A DNA stretch of 63,975 bases, the filler included, from Octopus bimaculoides (Eukaryota), in NCBI RefSeq assembly GCF_001194135.2. It is 5 parts of 5 records of this genome, joined end to end, with 100 filler letters (N's around TTAATTAATTAA, not from the genome) between each part and the next. Parts side by side here need not be neighbours in the genome. Positions count along the whole stretch, not along the records: positions 1 to 14,970 come from NC_068983.1; 4 more parts are not named here. One strand, given 5' to 3'. The translations under genes were made by a program, and so were the position numbers. Positions 1 to 12,621 of the stretch are shown here, piece by piece (within the stretch, counting starts at the first letter, position 1; each line of letters begins with the position of its first letter). The notes beneath the pieces are model-generated. The model had not been told where the DNA came from. It searched no databases and was given only the letters and a program-made list of their open reading frames with translations.

Positions 1-47
<47 letters not shown>

Positions 48-961
48 CACACACACGATTGGCCACTCGCACACGTACACATCTTCACACACGCGCAAAC
101 CGCACGCACACCCACACTCACACGTGTACCCACCACTCACATATATATGGAAGTTAATACTGTGGCTGCTAAAGATATTTTAAGGATAACAACAGAAGAT
201 TCACTGACGACCGAGGAGAACCCAATAGTGAGGGTAGAGTCGAATTTATAAGACAACTAGTTTTGACAGGAATATCAAATTTCGTCATAACTATTTATTC
301 AGACAGACTGGTTGAATAAGCCACGTGCCACGCGCACGAACACCCAGACACACACGCAGACAGATACACACAGAAAGAGAAGCACGCACACACACTCAAA
401 CACTTATCAACGTTGTGTCTTTGTGATGTAACTATTGTTTAGATTCATTCTTGTGTAAATCTAATCAGAGACTTGAGATATTTCACAGAAGTCTCTTGAA
501 AACTAAACAGTTACCTGAGTACGCAGCACCCTAGAAATATAATATGGCTTCTGAAATAACATACAATAATACAAACATAATGGTGCATGCGTATGTATTC
601 TCTCCATCTCTGTTTCTCACACACGCTTGCAAGCGCTCGTTGATCAGCGTACGTGTGTGTTGTGTGTGTTTTCATGTATTTTTGTATGCATGCTAGCATG
701 TAGGAATATATGTATGTATGCATGCATGCAAACATGTGCGTATTCATGTTTATACATGTAATCATGGACATACGAGGGTCGGCTGAAAAGTTCATAGGCT
801 GACGAAGATACTATCATGGAATGTGATAAAATTAGGTTTCTTTTTCAACATGTGCCTCTTGAGGTCCAGACACTTCTACCATCGATGTTGCGGTGCTTGG
901 ATTCTATTCGTGAAAAAGCTTTCATCATGTTGGTCGAAAAACTCATCAACAGCAAATATGT

Positions 962-1134
962 TCAGTTCTATATTTAAGAGATGAGGAGTTATGTACATTA
1001 TTTACATTTGACGGATATTTGTCCTCATCTTGTTTGTTTCTAACACAACGTTTCGGCTGATATACCCTCCAGCCTTCATCAGGTTTCTTGGGGAAATTTC
1101 GAACCTGGGTTCTCATTCCTAGGGTATTTTTCGA

Positions 1135-1188
<54 letters not shown>
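962..1188 (-). mobile_element. 3' part of a SINE-like element carrying a hammerhead motif (left copy; its head would lie in the N gap)
   Basis: 991-1140 is the reverse complement of 1385-1530, followed by an (ATT)n tract running into the gap. Confidence 0.7.
1042..1088 (-). ncRNA. Type I hammerhead ribozyme motif, intact core, weakened helix I
   Basis: Minus strand reads AGAAAC CUGAUGA A GGCUG-loop-CAGCC GAAA CGU U GUGUU. Helix III is the palindrome ACGU, the triplet is GUU, and helix I has one mismatch. Confidence 0.7.
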
Positions 1189-1287
1189 NNNNNNNNNNNN
1201 NNNNNNNNNNNNNNNNNNNNNNNNNNNNNNNNNNNNNNNNNNNNNNNNNNNNNNNNNNNNNNNNNNNNNNNNNNNNNNNNNNNNNNN

Positions 1288-1530
1288 TAAGAGCGCCGGC
1301 TACTGACCCCAAGATTTCGAGTTCGATTCCAGGCAGTGGCCTGAATAATAACAATAATGATAATAATAACAACAACAACAACAACATCGAAAAATACCTT
1401 AGGAATGAGAACCCAGGTTCGAAATTTCCCCAAGACACCTGATTTAAGCTGGAGAGTACATCATCCGGAACGTTGTGTTGATAACAAACAAGATGAGGAC
1501 AAATATCCGTCAAATGTAAATAATGTAGAT
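1288..1530 (+). mobile_element. tRNA-headed SINE-like element with (AAT/AAC)n linker and hammerhead-bearing tail (right copy)
   Basis: tRNA-like head with B box GTTCGATTC at 1321-1329, then microsatellite, then the same tail as the left copy. Confidence 0.65.
1434..1479 (+). ncRNA. Degenerate hammerhead motif (paralogue of 1042-1088)
   Basis: Helix I GACAC/GUGUU is intact but the core is mutated (CUGAUUU; GGAA instead of GAAA). Confidence 0.5.
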
Positions 1531-1883
1531 AATGTGTTGTTATCATCACTACGATATTGCTTCCTAGCGAAGTGTTTTTTTTTTTTTTCATGTTGGCGAA
1601 CAGATGATTGCCAAATGGGACGAAATTAGGAGAATAGGGAGGGTGATCAATCAGTTTAACGGCATAGTCACGCACAGCAGCAATTGAAACCAATAATTTG
1701 TGTGCTGGAGCATTGTCCTGATGAAAGAAGACTCCCTTTCGTCAGTTTCCCTGAGAGTTTGGTCTTGATAGCCTTTCGTAACTACCTCAGCGAGTTGACA
1801 TAGTACTCTTCATAGATAGAGTAGCCCTTTTGAAGACAGTCAATAAAGACAATGTCTTTTGCAACACCAAAACGTTTGTGCCT

Positions 1884-2258
1884 CCCCACCACATGATTCT
1901 GGATTCAGTCCCACTGAATGGTACCTTGAGAAAGTGTCTTCTACTGTAGTTTCAGGCTGACCAGAAGCTTGTGAGTAGGTTTGGTAGACGGAAACTGAAA
2001 GAATCCCGTCATATATATATATATATATATATATATCTGAGGATGTATGTCACTGTGTTTGTGTTATTCCTCCATCACCGCTTGACAACTAGTTTTGATG
2101 TATTTACGCCTCAATAACTTAGCGGTTCAGCAAAGAGCCAGATAGAATAAGTACCAGGCTTTAGAAAACAAGTATTGTGGTCAATTCATTCGACTAAAGA
2201 TTCTTCAAGGTTGTGCCCCAGCGTGGCCGCATCTAATGGTTGAAACAAGTAAAAGATA
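1884..2258 (+). mobile_element. tRNA-derived SINE, family A
   Basis: Matches other window copies (GGTTCAGTCCCACTG..ACCTTG(G/A)GCAAGTGTCTTCTACT..GGTAGACGGAAACTGAAAGAA), with an internal (TA)n and the common tail. Confidence 0.8.
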
Positions 2259-2280
2259 TATATATATATATATATATATA

Positions 2281-2420
2281 TCAGTTTCCATCTACCAAGT
2301 TCACTCACAGGGCCTTGGTCTGCCTCGGACTACAACACCCGCCCGAGATGCCACGTAGTAGGACTGAACCTCGAACCATGAGGCTAGAAAGCAAGCTTCT
2401 TATCTACACAGCCACTCCTA
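2281..2420 (-). mobile_element. SINE family A head, inverted relative to the adjacent copy
   Basis: Reverse complement of the family A 5' region. Confidence 0.75.
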
Positions 2421-2652
2421 CGCTTATAAGTCAGTTATGTTAACGTCATTGTTTAATTAAGTATACACAAAACGATTGATTTAATAACCAAACAACTCTA
2501 GCGAATAATCGAAATCGAAAACTTTGTCACAATTCCATCACATGGTTCAACCACATTGCTGTGTTTAGTGGTTATTTCCAGTTTGTTTTTTTTCCTGACA
2601 TACTGCCACCCAAATAAACCAGACAGCCAGACACTCAGTCTAACAGTTTCAC

Positions 2653-2728
<76 letters not shown>

Positions 2729-3952
2729 AGGAGTGAAAGAGAGAGACAGACAGAGAGGTAGACAAATCAAGAAACCACCAAACGCGTAGTTCATTCATCT
2801 TGTCTGCCATTTGCCGTGAAAACATTCCAGGACTGCAGCAGTTACCAATATCTACCGACCTACCTACTTATTTACATGCCAACCTACCGATACATATACA
2901 TAACATTGTACACTTCATTACGTAGAAATTTGTCTTCCCCTGCTTTACTATCTATCTATCTATCTATCTATCTACCTATCTATCTATCTGCCGCTCTGTC
3001 TGTCTACTTCGTCTATTTTAATGGTTTCAACCGGGGTCCATACTCTAAGAATCCATAAAAGATTTTGGAGGTCTCTACATAACAAAATAGTAAATTGGGG
3101 ATTCACAATAGTATTTCAATGGCCCCTGAAAACATTTTGCTTTTGATGTATGTATTTATTGTAAGAAACAGCTAGGTTTCTTTCTCTAACATTTTACATA
3201 GTTCAACCTACACAAGTTAACGTGTGAAAAAAACAAAAACAAAAAAAAAAAAAAAAAANNNNNNNNNNNNNNNNNNNNNNNNNNNNNNNNNNNNNNNNNN
3301 NNNNNNNNNNNNNNNNNNNNNNNNNNNNNNNNNNNNNNNNNNNNNNNNNNNNNNNNNNNNNNNNNNNNNNNNNNNNNNNNNNNNNNNNNNNNNNNNNNNN
3401 NNNNNNNNNNNNNNNNNNNNNNNNNNNNNNNNNNNNNNNNNNNNNNNNNNNNNNNNNNNNNNNNNNNNNNNNNNNNNNNNNNNNNNNNNNNNNNNNNNNN
3501 NNNNNNNNNNNNNNNNNNNNNNNNNNNNNNNNNNNNNNNNNNNNNNNNNNNNNNNNNNNNNNNNNNNNNNNNNNNNNNNNNNNNNNNNNNNNNNNNNNNN
3601 NNNNNNNNNNNNNNNNNNNNNNNNNNNNNNNNNNNNNNNNNNNNNNNNNNNNNNNNNNNNNNNNNNNNNNNNNNNNNNNNNNNNNNNNNNNNNNNNNNNN
3701 NNNNNNNNNNNNNNNNNNNNNNNNNNNNNNNNNNNNNNNNNNNNNNNNNNNNNNNNNNNNNNNNNNNNNNNNNNNNNNNNNNNNNNNNNNNNNNNNNNNN
3801 NNNNNNNNNNNNNNNNNNNNNNNNNNNNNNNNNNNNNNNNNNNNNNNNNNNNNNNNNNNNNNNNNNNNNNNNNNNNNNNNNNNNNNNNNNNNNNNNNNNN
3901 NNNNNNNNNNNNNNNNNNNNNNNNNNNNNNNNNNNNNNNNNNNNNNNNNNNN

Positions 3953-4085
3953 CTTTCGCCCAACTTTCTCTCACGCTTTCTTCCTGTTTCTTGCGTAATG
4001 CTGCGATGGACTGGCTTCCCAGCTAGGTTGGGGGGAACACATACGCCATAGAAACCGGGAAACCGGGCCCATGAGCCTGGCTAGG
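3953..4085 (+). mobile_element. SINE 3' part ending in an A-rich tail
   Basis: Shares the CTTTCTCTCAC.CT.TCTTCCTGTTTC module with 58776-59155 but has a different tail. Confidence 0.5.
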
Positions 4086-4170
4086 CTTTAAAAGGGCGCA
4101 TAATAAAAAAATAAATATATATATGATATATATATATATATATCACGATTTTTATTCAGTATTTATCACA

Positions 4171-4210
4171 ACTGTCCGACGAACGGGAATGTGAAACTCG
4201 GAGTAACAGT
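4171..4210 (+). ncRNA. Type I hammerhead-like motif with U4C core variant, inside a Penelope-like terminal repeat (about 4147-4310)
   Basis: ACUGU CCGACGA ACG-GGAA-UGU GAAA CUC-G-GAG UA ACAGU. Helix I is 5 bp, helix II has a GNRA loop, and the triplet is GUA. Confidence 0.6.
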
Positions 4211-4354
4211 CCCGTGATAGTTTTGCAGCTTTAATAAAAAGTATCTTACTCTGCCTTTGGTGTTCGAGTACTATTTTTTCCACCTAGTTTTTGCCCTTAT
4301 GTACTCACCTTTGTGTGGGTGTGTATGTGTGTGTGCGTGTATATATTTTATCTT

Positions 4355-4672
4355 TTATCTTTTACTTGTTTTAGTCATTAGACGGCGGCCATGCTGGGGC
4401 AGTGCCTTGAAGAATTTTTAGTGAAATGGACCGACCACAGTGCTTTCTTTCTCAGCCTGATACTTATTCTATCAGTCACTTTTCATCGAACCGCTAATCG
4501 GTGGTGTGAAACAAACACAGACGCAAAGATACGCACATTTAGCACCCCCCCCTCAACCACACGCATATACAATGCGCTTCTTTCAGTTTCCGTCTACCAA
4601 ATCCATTCACAAGGCTTTGGTCGGCCTGAGGCTATAGTCAAATATACTTGCCCAAGGTGCTACGCTGCAGTA
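4355..4672 (-). mobile_element. SINE family A
   Basis: Similarity to the other family A copies; truncated by a gap. Confidence 0.8.
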
Positions 4673-5408
4673 NNNNNNNNNNNNNNNNNNNNNNNNNNNN
4701 NNNNNNNNNNNNNNNNNNNNNNNNNNNNNNNNNNNNNNNNNNNNNNNNNNNNNNNNNNNNNNNNNNNNNNNNNNNNNNNNNNNNNNNNNNNNNNNNNNNN
4801 NNNNNNNNNNNNNNNNNNNNNNNNNNNNNNNNNNNNNNNNNNNNNNNNNNNNNNNNNNNNNNNNNNNNNNNNNNNNNNNNNNNNNNNNNNNNNNNNNNNN
4901 NNNNNNNNNNNNNNNNNNNNNNNNNNNNNNNNNNNNNNNNNNNNNNNNNNNNNNNNNNNNNNNNNNNNNNNNNNNNNNNNNNNNNNNNNNNNNNNNNNNN
5001 NNNNNNNNNNNNNNNNNNNNNNNNNNNNNNNNNNNNNNNNNNNNNNNNNNNNNNNNNNNNNNNNNNNNNNNNNNNNNNNNNNNNNNNNNNNNNNNNNNNN
5101 NNNNNNNNNNNNNNNNNNNNNNNNNNNNNNNNNNNNNNNNNNNNNNNNNNNNNNNNNNNNNNNNNNNNNNNNNNNNNNNNNNNNNNNNNNNNNNNNNNNN
5201 NNNNNNNNNNNNNNNNNNNNNNNNNNNNNNNNNNNNNNNNNNNNNNNNNNNNNNNNNNNNNNNNNNNNNNNNNNNNNNNNNNNNNNNNNNNNNNNNNNNN
5301 NNNNNNNNNNNNNNNNNNNNNNNNNNNNNNNNNNNNNNNNNNNNNNNNNNNNNNNNNNNNNNNNNNNNNNNNNNNNNNNNNNNNNNNNNNNNNNNNNNNN
5401 NNNNNNNN

Positions 5409-5443
<35 letters not shown>

Positions 5444-5889
5444 TGTGTGTACATAAGTGTGTGCGTATACTTAGACCGTATGTATATGTGATTGTGTGTG
5501 TGTGTGTGTTCACCCCAGGGATCTCGGATGAGGAATCCCTGGAATGCTTTTACAAATTTTCACCGTTCCGCTAATCAACAGTATTCGGAGATGTGAATTA
5601 GTTTGCTCAGTTCTCTTTTTCTTTTTTTTCTTTTTTGGTGGGGCGGAATCACACGGTTACTAGTTTTCCATGCAAATCTGTTGTTACGTAGCCAAATGCA
5701 CCTACGATAATTGGCACAAATGGATATCTATCCTCTCGATAGAAGAGCTGTAGCTTTCTTATCAGTTCTCCATAGTTGTTCTACTTTGCTGAACACTTGA
5801 CCTCTAAAACAGTCTCTGACTTTTGCTCCTTGTCCCATATAGCAATGTATAACCTATTGCGCCTACACAGAGTTGTTGCTTTTATTGAA

Positions 5890-6196
5890 GACGCGTGGCT
5901 TAGCGGTTAGGGTAATTGGCTAACGATCGTTAGGTCATGTGTTCGATTCCTAGTGGCGCACACACTTTATTTCACTTTGCTCCAGTCCACTTAGCTGGCA
6001 AAAAATAAGTTGTACCTGTAATTCAAAGGGCCGGCTTTATCACATTCTATACCATGCTGAACCTCCCCGAGGACTATGTTAAGTGAACACAGGTCTGTGG
6101 AGTGCTCAGCCACTTGCACGTTAATTTCACGAACAGGCTGTTCCGTTGATCAGATCAACTGGAAGCCTAATCGCCGTAACCAACGGAGTGCCAACC
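5890..6196 (+). mobile_element. tRNA-derived SINE, family B
   Basis: A box TGGCTTAGCGG, B box GTTCGATTCC, and the body GTCTGTGGAGTGCTCAGCCACTTGCACGTTAATTTCACG shared with other copies. Confidence 0.85.
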
Positions 6197-7745
6197 TTAT
6201 TCTATATTTCTAAAGGTGTGAATGCATTCTGATTCTGGTGTACTTTTGGTATAGCTATTAAGACAATCCTACCTGCGAATAGCATTGTAAACTATTTTAG
6301 CGATAATTTCGTGTCATATAACAAGGTAATATCACCTGGAGGACATATTTGAATAGCTGATGATGATATGGGTGGCGCAGTCTATCTATATTTTCTGTCA
6401 CAACGTGGAAATGTAGAGGTATCCTTAACTCGCTGGTTCTTCAGGTATTTGGGAGCTATGCTCTGTTCTTGGATAGCAAAAGCGTAGCTTTTTAGTGGGG
6501 TGTGATGTAACTATCGCTGATCTGAGAGAGACTACGGTTTCTGTGCGTATGTACTTATGTTTGTGTGCGTGTATATATATATATATATATATATATAATA
6601 TGTGCGTGTGTGTGTGTGTATAACATAGATATTGTATAACATTTATATATGTTTATATATATATGTACATATAAATATACATATATATGTATATATATAT
6701 GTGTGTACTCGCGTGTGTGCGTGTATATGCACACTCACATACGTACACACATATATACACATACAAGTATACATACACACGTCAAAATAATGCAAATAGA
6801 AAATACAATGGAATTGAAAACATATTCTAAGAGTAATTGACTTAACAAAGATCTCCACAGAGTAAAATATCTCCAGAGAATATATCTGTTGAATTCCAGA
6901 GCTACCATTTAATCGTTCAAACTGTTCTTTTCATCTCATAGCAAGCATCTACACAGTGAACATTGCGTTCGTAACTCACATCTAAATTATACACACACAC
7001 ACACTCACACACAAACACAAACACATAAGCACACGCACACACATGTAAGTATAAAAGTACGTATGAATATAGATAGATACATAAGCATCTGCACATATAT
7101 GTATATGTCAGTGTGGAAAAGTACCATTCACTCATATTCTAAGATATACGTCTATCGCTGTTTCTTCTTTCTTTCTTACTTCCTTTCTCTTTTTTATTAC
7201 TTCCTTTCTCTTTTTTATTACTTCCTTTGTTTCTCCCTTGTTCCTCTCTATAATCCAGAGACTTTGTCACAATATCAGTTTATCATCCTTTTGTCTCATT
7301 AATCCAATTTTTCTATTCGGAACTGTTGAAATATAAGTAATCCCTTAGCACTTTGCATTGATGATATACGTTATGCTAAAACGGGCTGTCTATAGATATC
7401 AAGATTATTATTAGGCATATGGAAGCAAAAATGAATAGTGTTTTTCAGTCTTTACTGGTTTGTAGTAATTTAAAAATAAAATATTCCTTACGTGTGTCAC
7501 TCCTTCACATGCATAAAGTAAATGAACTGATCTTAAATTTCCTTCGGTGTCGACATACATCTAACGTATATATACTATATATATATATCTATGTATGCTT
7601 CCATCCATCCACTCATCCATCCATCCATCCATCCATCCATCCATCCATTCATCTATCCATGCGTGTGTTTGTGCGTGGCTGTGGGTATATGTGTGCATTT
7701 ATGTATATATATGTATGTATATCTCTCTCTCACTCACTCTCTCTT

Positions 7746-7782
<37 letters not shown>

Positions 7783-7792
7783 NNNNNNNNNN

Positions 7793-7824
<32 letters not shown>

Positions 7825-8029
7825 ATATCTATCTATAGAAAATGGAACTTGAGAAGTTAATAATTGTTAATAATAAACAATTGCTAACTTCTCAATCTCC
7901 ATTTTCTTCTTTTAAATGAATCTAAACTATGATTTAAAAAAAATTATTTTAAGCTAATTCATTCCCCCCATATAATAGGCATTGAACCAACATTTCCTTG
8001 GATGAAACCATTCCTTCATGAGGTTAACA

Positions 8030-8482
8030 TATCTTCTCTTTTTACTTGTTTCAGTCATTTGGCTGTGGCCATGCTGGAGCACCGCCTTTAGTCGAGCAAA
8101 TCGACCCCAGGACTTTTTCTTTGTAAACCTAGTGCTTATTCTATCGTCCTCTTTTGCCGAACAGCAAAGTTACGGGTACGTAAACACACCAGCATCGGTT
8201 GTCAANNNNNNNNNNNNNNNNNNNNNNNNNNNNNNNNNNNNNNNNNNNNNNNNNNNNNNNNNNNNNNNNNNNNNNNNNNNNNNNNNNNNNNNNNNNNNNN
8301 NNNNNNNNNNNNNNNNNNNNNNNNNNNNNNNNNNNNNNNNNNNNNNATATATATATATATACATTTATACGACGGGCTTCTTTCAGTTTCCGTTTACAAA
8401 ATTCACACACAAGGCTTTGGTTGGCCCGAGGCTATAGTAGAAGACACTTGGCCAAGGTGCTACGCAGTGGGACTGAATCAGG
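8030..8482 (-). mobile_element. SINE family A (gap inside)
   Basis: Both flanks of the gap match family A. Confidence 0.8.
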
Positions 8483-8562
8483 AATATATATATATGCGTG
8501 TGTGTGTGTGTGTGTGTGTGCGTGCGCGCGTGCATCTGTGTTTGTTTGTATATTTATACAGA

Positions 8563-8610
<48 letters not shown>

Positions 8611-8886
8611 TAAAGATAGATAGATAAATAGATATTTGTTTTTATATTCCGTTATAATAAAGACAATTTTACATTAATCTGATGGGTTTCTCAATACTTC
8701 TGTAGAGTACAATCTTATTATTCTTAAACAGGAATATTATTTGACAGTAATCTCGAAGTTTCGGCCAGTTTAGCCATCATCTCACTGCAATGTATTGCAG
8801 TTAATCTTGGCTTTATATAATCTTTGCTGAGGTAAAATGTACGCATGTATGCGTGTGCTTATGTATGTATGTATGTATGTATGCAA

Positions 8887-9198
8887 AGGAGCACTCCGTC
8901 GGTTACGACGACGAGGGTCCCAGCTGATCCGATCAACGGAACAGCTTGCTCGTGAAATTAACGTGCAAGTGGCTGAGCACTCCACAGACACGTGTACTCC
9001 TAACGTAGTTCTCAGGGAGATTCAGCATGACACAGAGTGTGACAAGGCCGGTCCTTTGTAATACAGGTACTACTCATTTTTGCCAGGTGAGTGGACTGGA
9101 GCAACGTGAAATAAAGTGTCTTGCATCGCCGGGAATTGAACTCACGACCTTACGATCGTGAGCCGAATGCCCTAACCAGTAAGCCACGCGCCTTCACG
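8887..9198 (-). mobile_element. SINE family B
   Basis: Reverse complement of the family B consensus seen at 10401-10744. Confidence 0.85.
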
Positions 9199-9627
9199 CG
9201 TATATACATACATACATACATACTTACATACATACATACATACATACATACACACGCACACTCACACACACACGCACACTCACACACATACATACATAGG
9301 TATGTAGGTAGATAGATAGAGAGAGAGATAGAAGGAGATAGAGAGAGAGATAGAAGGAGATAGAGAGAGAGATAGAAGGAGATAGAGAGAGAGATAGAAG
9401 GAGATAGATAGAGAGAGGGAGAGAGAGAGAGATAGAGAGAAGCAGACAGAAACTGAAATAGAGACGGGGAAGGCGATCTACAAACTCTTGTATCGTATTT
9501 ACGTTTTGTGGTTTGTTTACTACGATGAAAGTTCCTGAGAATGGAATGTCTATGAAAAATGGTAAACACGGTATAATATATCGTTCCATCACCTTCAGTA
9601 CTTCCACCTATCAGCCGATCATCTCAT

Positions 9628-9629
9628 TC

Positions 9630-9687
<58 letters not shown>

Positions 9688-9748
9688 GTCTTTCTTTCTA
9701 TCTTTCTTTCTTTCTTTCTTTCTATCTTTCTTTCTATCTTTCTTTCCT

Positions 9749-9800
<52 letters not shown>
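9628..9800. repeat. (TTTC)n microsatellite running into a gap
   Basis: Direct inspection. Confidence 0.95.
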
Positions 9801-10400
9801 NNNNNNNNNNNNNNNNNNNNNNNNNNNNNNNNNNNNNNNNNNNNNNNNNNNNNNNNNNNNNNNNNNNNNNNNNNNNNNNNNNNNNNNNNNNNNNNNNNNN
9901 NNNNNNNNNNNNNNNNNNNNNNNNNNNNNNNNNNNNNNNNNNNNNNNNNNNNNNNNNNNNNNNNNNNNNNNNNNNNNNNNNNNNNNNNNNNNNNNNNNNN
10001 NNNNNNNNNNNNNNNNNNNNNNNNNNNNNNNNNNNNNNNNNNNNNNNNNNNNNNNNNNNNNNNNNNNNNNNNNNNNNNNNNNNNNNNNNNNNNNNNNNNN
10101 NNNNNNNNNNNNNNNNNNNNNNNNNNNNNNNNNNNNNNNNNNNNNNNNNNNNNAGAGAGAGAGGGAGGAGGGGAGAGAGAGAGAGAGAGAGAGAGAAAGA
10201 AAAAAAAGAGAGCGAGAGAGAGAGAAAGGCAGAGCGTGAATGAGTCAGCAAGAAGAAGAGTGAGAACAGGTACCTACGAAAGTATGGAAAGCAAAGTCGA
10301 TCTTGTGATTTGAACTCGGAACATAACAATCCTGAGCAAATACTGCAAAGGCAATTCATCTTACGACTCTGCCAATACATTGCCTTCTTATGAGTAGATG

Positions 10401-10744
10401 CGTGAAGGCGCGTGGCTCAGTGGTTAGGGCATTCGGCTCGCGATCGTAAGGTCGTGAGTTCAATTTCCAGCGATGGGTTGTGTCCTTGAGCAAGACACTT
10501 TGTTTCACGTTGCTCAAGGACACTCGGCTGGCAAAAATGAGTAGTATCTCTATTTCAAAGGGCCAGCCATGTCACACTGTGTCACTGAATCTCCCTGAGA
10601 ACTACGTTAAGAGTGCACGTGTCTGTGGAGTACTCGGCCACTTTTACGTTAATTTCACAAGCAGGCTGTTCTGTTGACTGGATCAACTGGAACACTCGTC
10701 GTATCAGCTGAGACCATCGTTGTCGGAACCGACGGAGTACCCCT
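10401..10744 (+). mobile_element. Full-length SINE family B with 13-bp target-site duplication
   Basis: TTATGAGTAGATG occurs at 10388-10400 and 10745-10757; A and B boxes are present. Confidence 0.9.
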
Positions 10745-10849
10745 TTATGAGTAGATGTAACGACTTTAAACGATGCACAAGGTCTCATATTTCGAAGATG
10801 GGTGAAGTTGATTATATCAAGTCTTGATTACATCAAGTTGATTATATCA

Positions 10850-11133
10850 AATCGTAGGGTGGTGAGTTCAATACCTGACGCCGTGTGGTGTCCTTGAGTA
10901 AAACACTTTACTTCACGTTGCTCCCGTCCATTCAGCTGGCAAAAATGAGTTCTAATTGCATTTCAAAGGATCCGCTTTGTCACATTTTGTATCAAACTGA
11001 ATCTCTTTAACAACTACATTAAGGATACACTTGTCTGTGGAGTACTCAGCCACTTGCACGTTAATTTTACAAGTAGGCTGTTCCGCTGATTGGATCAACT
11101 AGAACACTCATCGTCATAACTGACGGAGTACCA
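10850..11133 (+). mobile_element. SINE family B, 5'-truncated
   Basis: Colinear with 10401-10744. Confidence 0.8.
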
Positions 11134-11859
11134 TTTTAGTTTATTAGTTAACTGACACATTATCTATTCGACCGTGGAAGGATGAAAAGCGATGTTGCTA
11201 TCCAAGGGATTTGAACACAGAACGTAACTTAATACAACATGCATTTTGTCAGTCGCTCAACCGATTATTCTGATGCCTCGCATGCCTGTTAGTAAAAATA
11301 ATAAACAGAGAAAGAATTATGAGACACAAATGAACTGTTTTTGTTATAACAGTTAAAATATTAGCTCTTACCGCCACCACCATAAATAACATCATAACCG
11401 AGCGTTTTGAGTGGAGTGTTTGTGTTAATATAGAAGTAAAAATAGCTAAGTGCCTTGTTCGAAATTTGCGTAAAAGAATCGGCGAAGGAAAAACCAGAAA
11501 TAATAGAGGTATGTGAAGTGGGGATAGATATTGAGAGCATGGGTCATAAGAAGAGAAGGAGAAGGAGAAACAAAGCGAGAAAACAAATGAGAAAGAGACA
11601 GGGAGAGACATAGAGAAAGAAAGAAAGAAAGAATGGAAAAAAAAAGAAGGAGAGATTGGGATGTAGCCAAAGAGTGGAGCAAGTAATAACTTATGAAGAA
11701 AATGGTCGTTTTCATGATAATAAGAGACATGTTTGCGTAAAAGAGGCGGCAGAAAGAAGACGGTAAGAACGAGAGTATGTAGAACAGAGCTAGCTATGAG
11801 AGCATAGGGCATAAGTGGAGAAGAAAAAAAAGTGAGAAAGATTGTATGATATGCATATA

Positions 11860-11895
<36 letters not shown>

Positions 11896-12423
11896 GTAGA
11901 GAGAAAGAGAGAGAGGGGGGAGGGAAATTGTGAGAAAGCGAAAGACTGATGTAACGTTATAGACAGAAAATGATTGTGTTGATGATAATAGAAGACAAAT
12001 TGAGATACGTTTATTTATTTTTNNNNNNNNNNNNNNNNNNNNNNNNNNNNNNNNNNNNNNNNNNNNNNNNNNNNNNNNNNNNNNNNNNNNNNNNNNNNNN
12101 NNNNNNNNNNNNNNNNNNNNNNNNNNNNNNNNNNNNNNNNNNNNNNNNNNNNNNNNNNNNNNNNNNNNNNNNNNNNNNNNNNNNNNNNNNNNNNNNNNNN
12201 NNNNNNNNNNNNNNNNNNNNNNNNNNNNNNNNNNNNNNNNNNNNNNNNNNNNNNNNNNNNNNNNNNNNNNNNNNNNNNNNNNNNNNNNNNNNNNNNNNNN
12301 NNNNNNNNNNNNNNNNNNNNNNNNNNNNNNNNNNNNNNNNNNNNNNNNNNNNNNNNNNNNNNNNNNNNNNNNNNNNNNNNNNNNNNNNNNNNNNNNNNNN
12401 NNNNNNNNNNNNNNNNNNNNNNN

Positions 12424-12481
<58 letters not shown>

Positions 12482-12621
12482 ATTATTCAGTTTATTTCAA
12501 GATTTCTTGCTAATAGAAAAAGAACCGGTTTCTAACCTAGATCTAAGGCTCCTCCATTGGAATTTCAACATCAACAACAGGTCACCTTTGTATGTATGTA
12601 CGTATATATGTATGTATGTAT

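Larger units (their letters stand above)
771..1865 (-). mobile_element. Decayed mariner (Tc1/mariner) transposon 3' part, interrupted by an insertion at about 962-1535
   Basis: Terminus TACGAGGGTCGGCTGAAAAGTT at 771. Minus-strand translation gives HPPYSPNFVPFGNHLF (mariner HPPYSPDL motif), and the region near 1700-1760 reads as a frameshifted KLTKG..HQDNAP. Confidence 0.85.

Noticed and set aside
225-275. CUGACGA followed by a possible stem and GAAU
   Set aside because: Helix II register and the GAAA are wrong, and there is no helix I.
6330-6480. ADD- and FRYLG-like RT words
   Set aside because: Too degraded to assign without a profile search.
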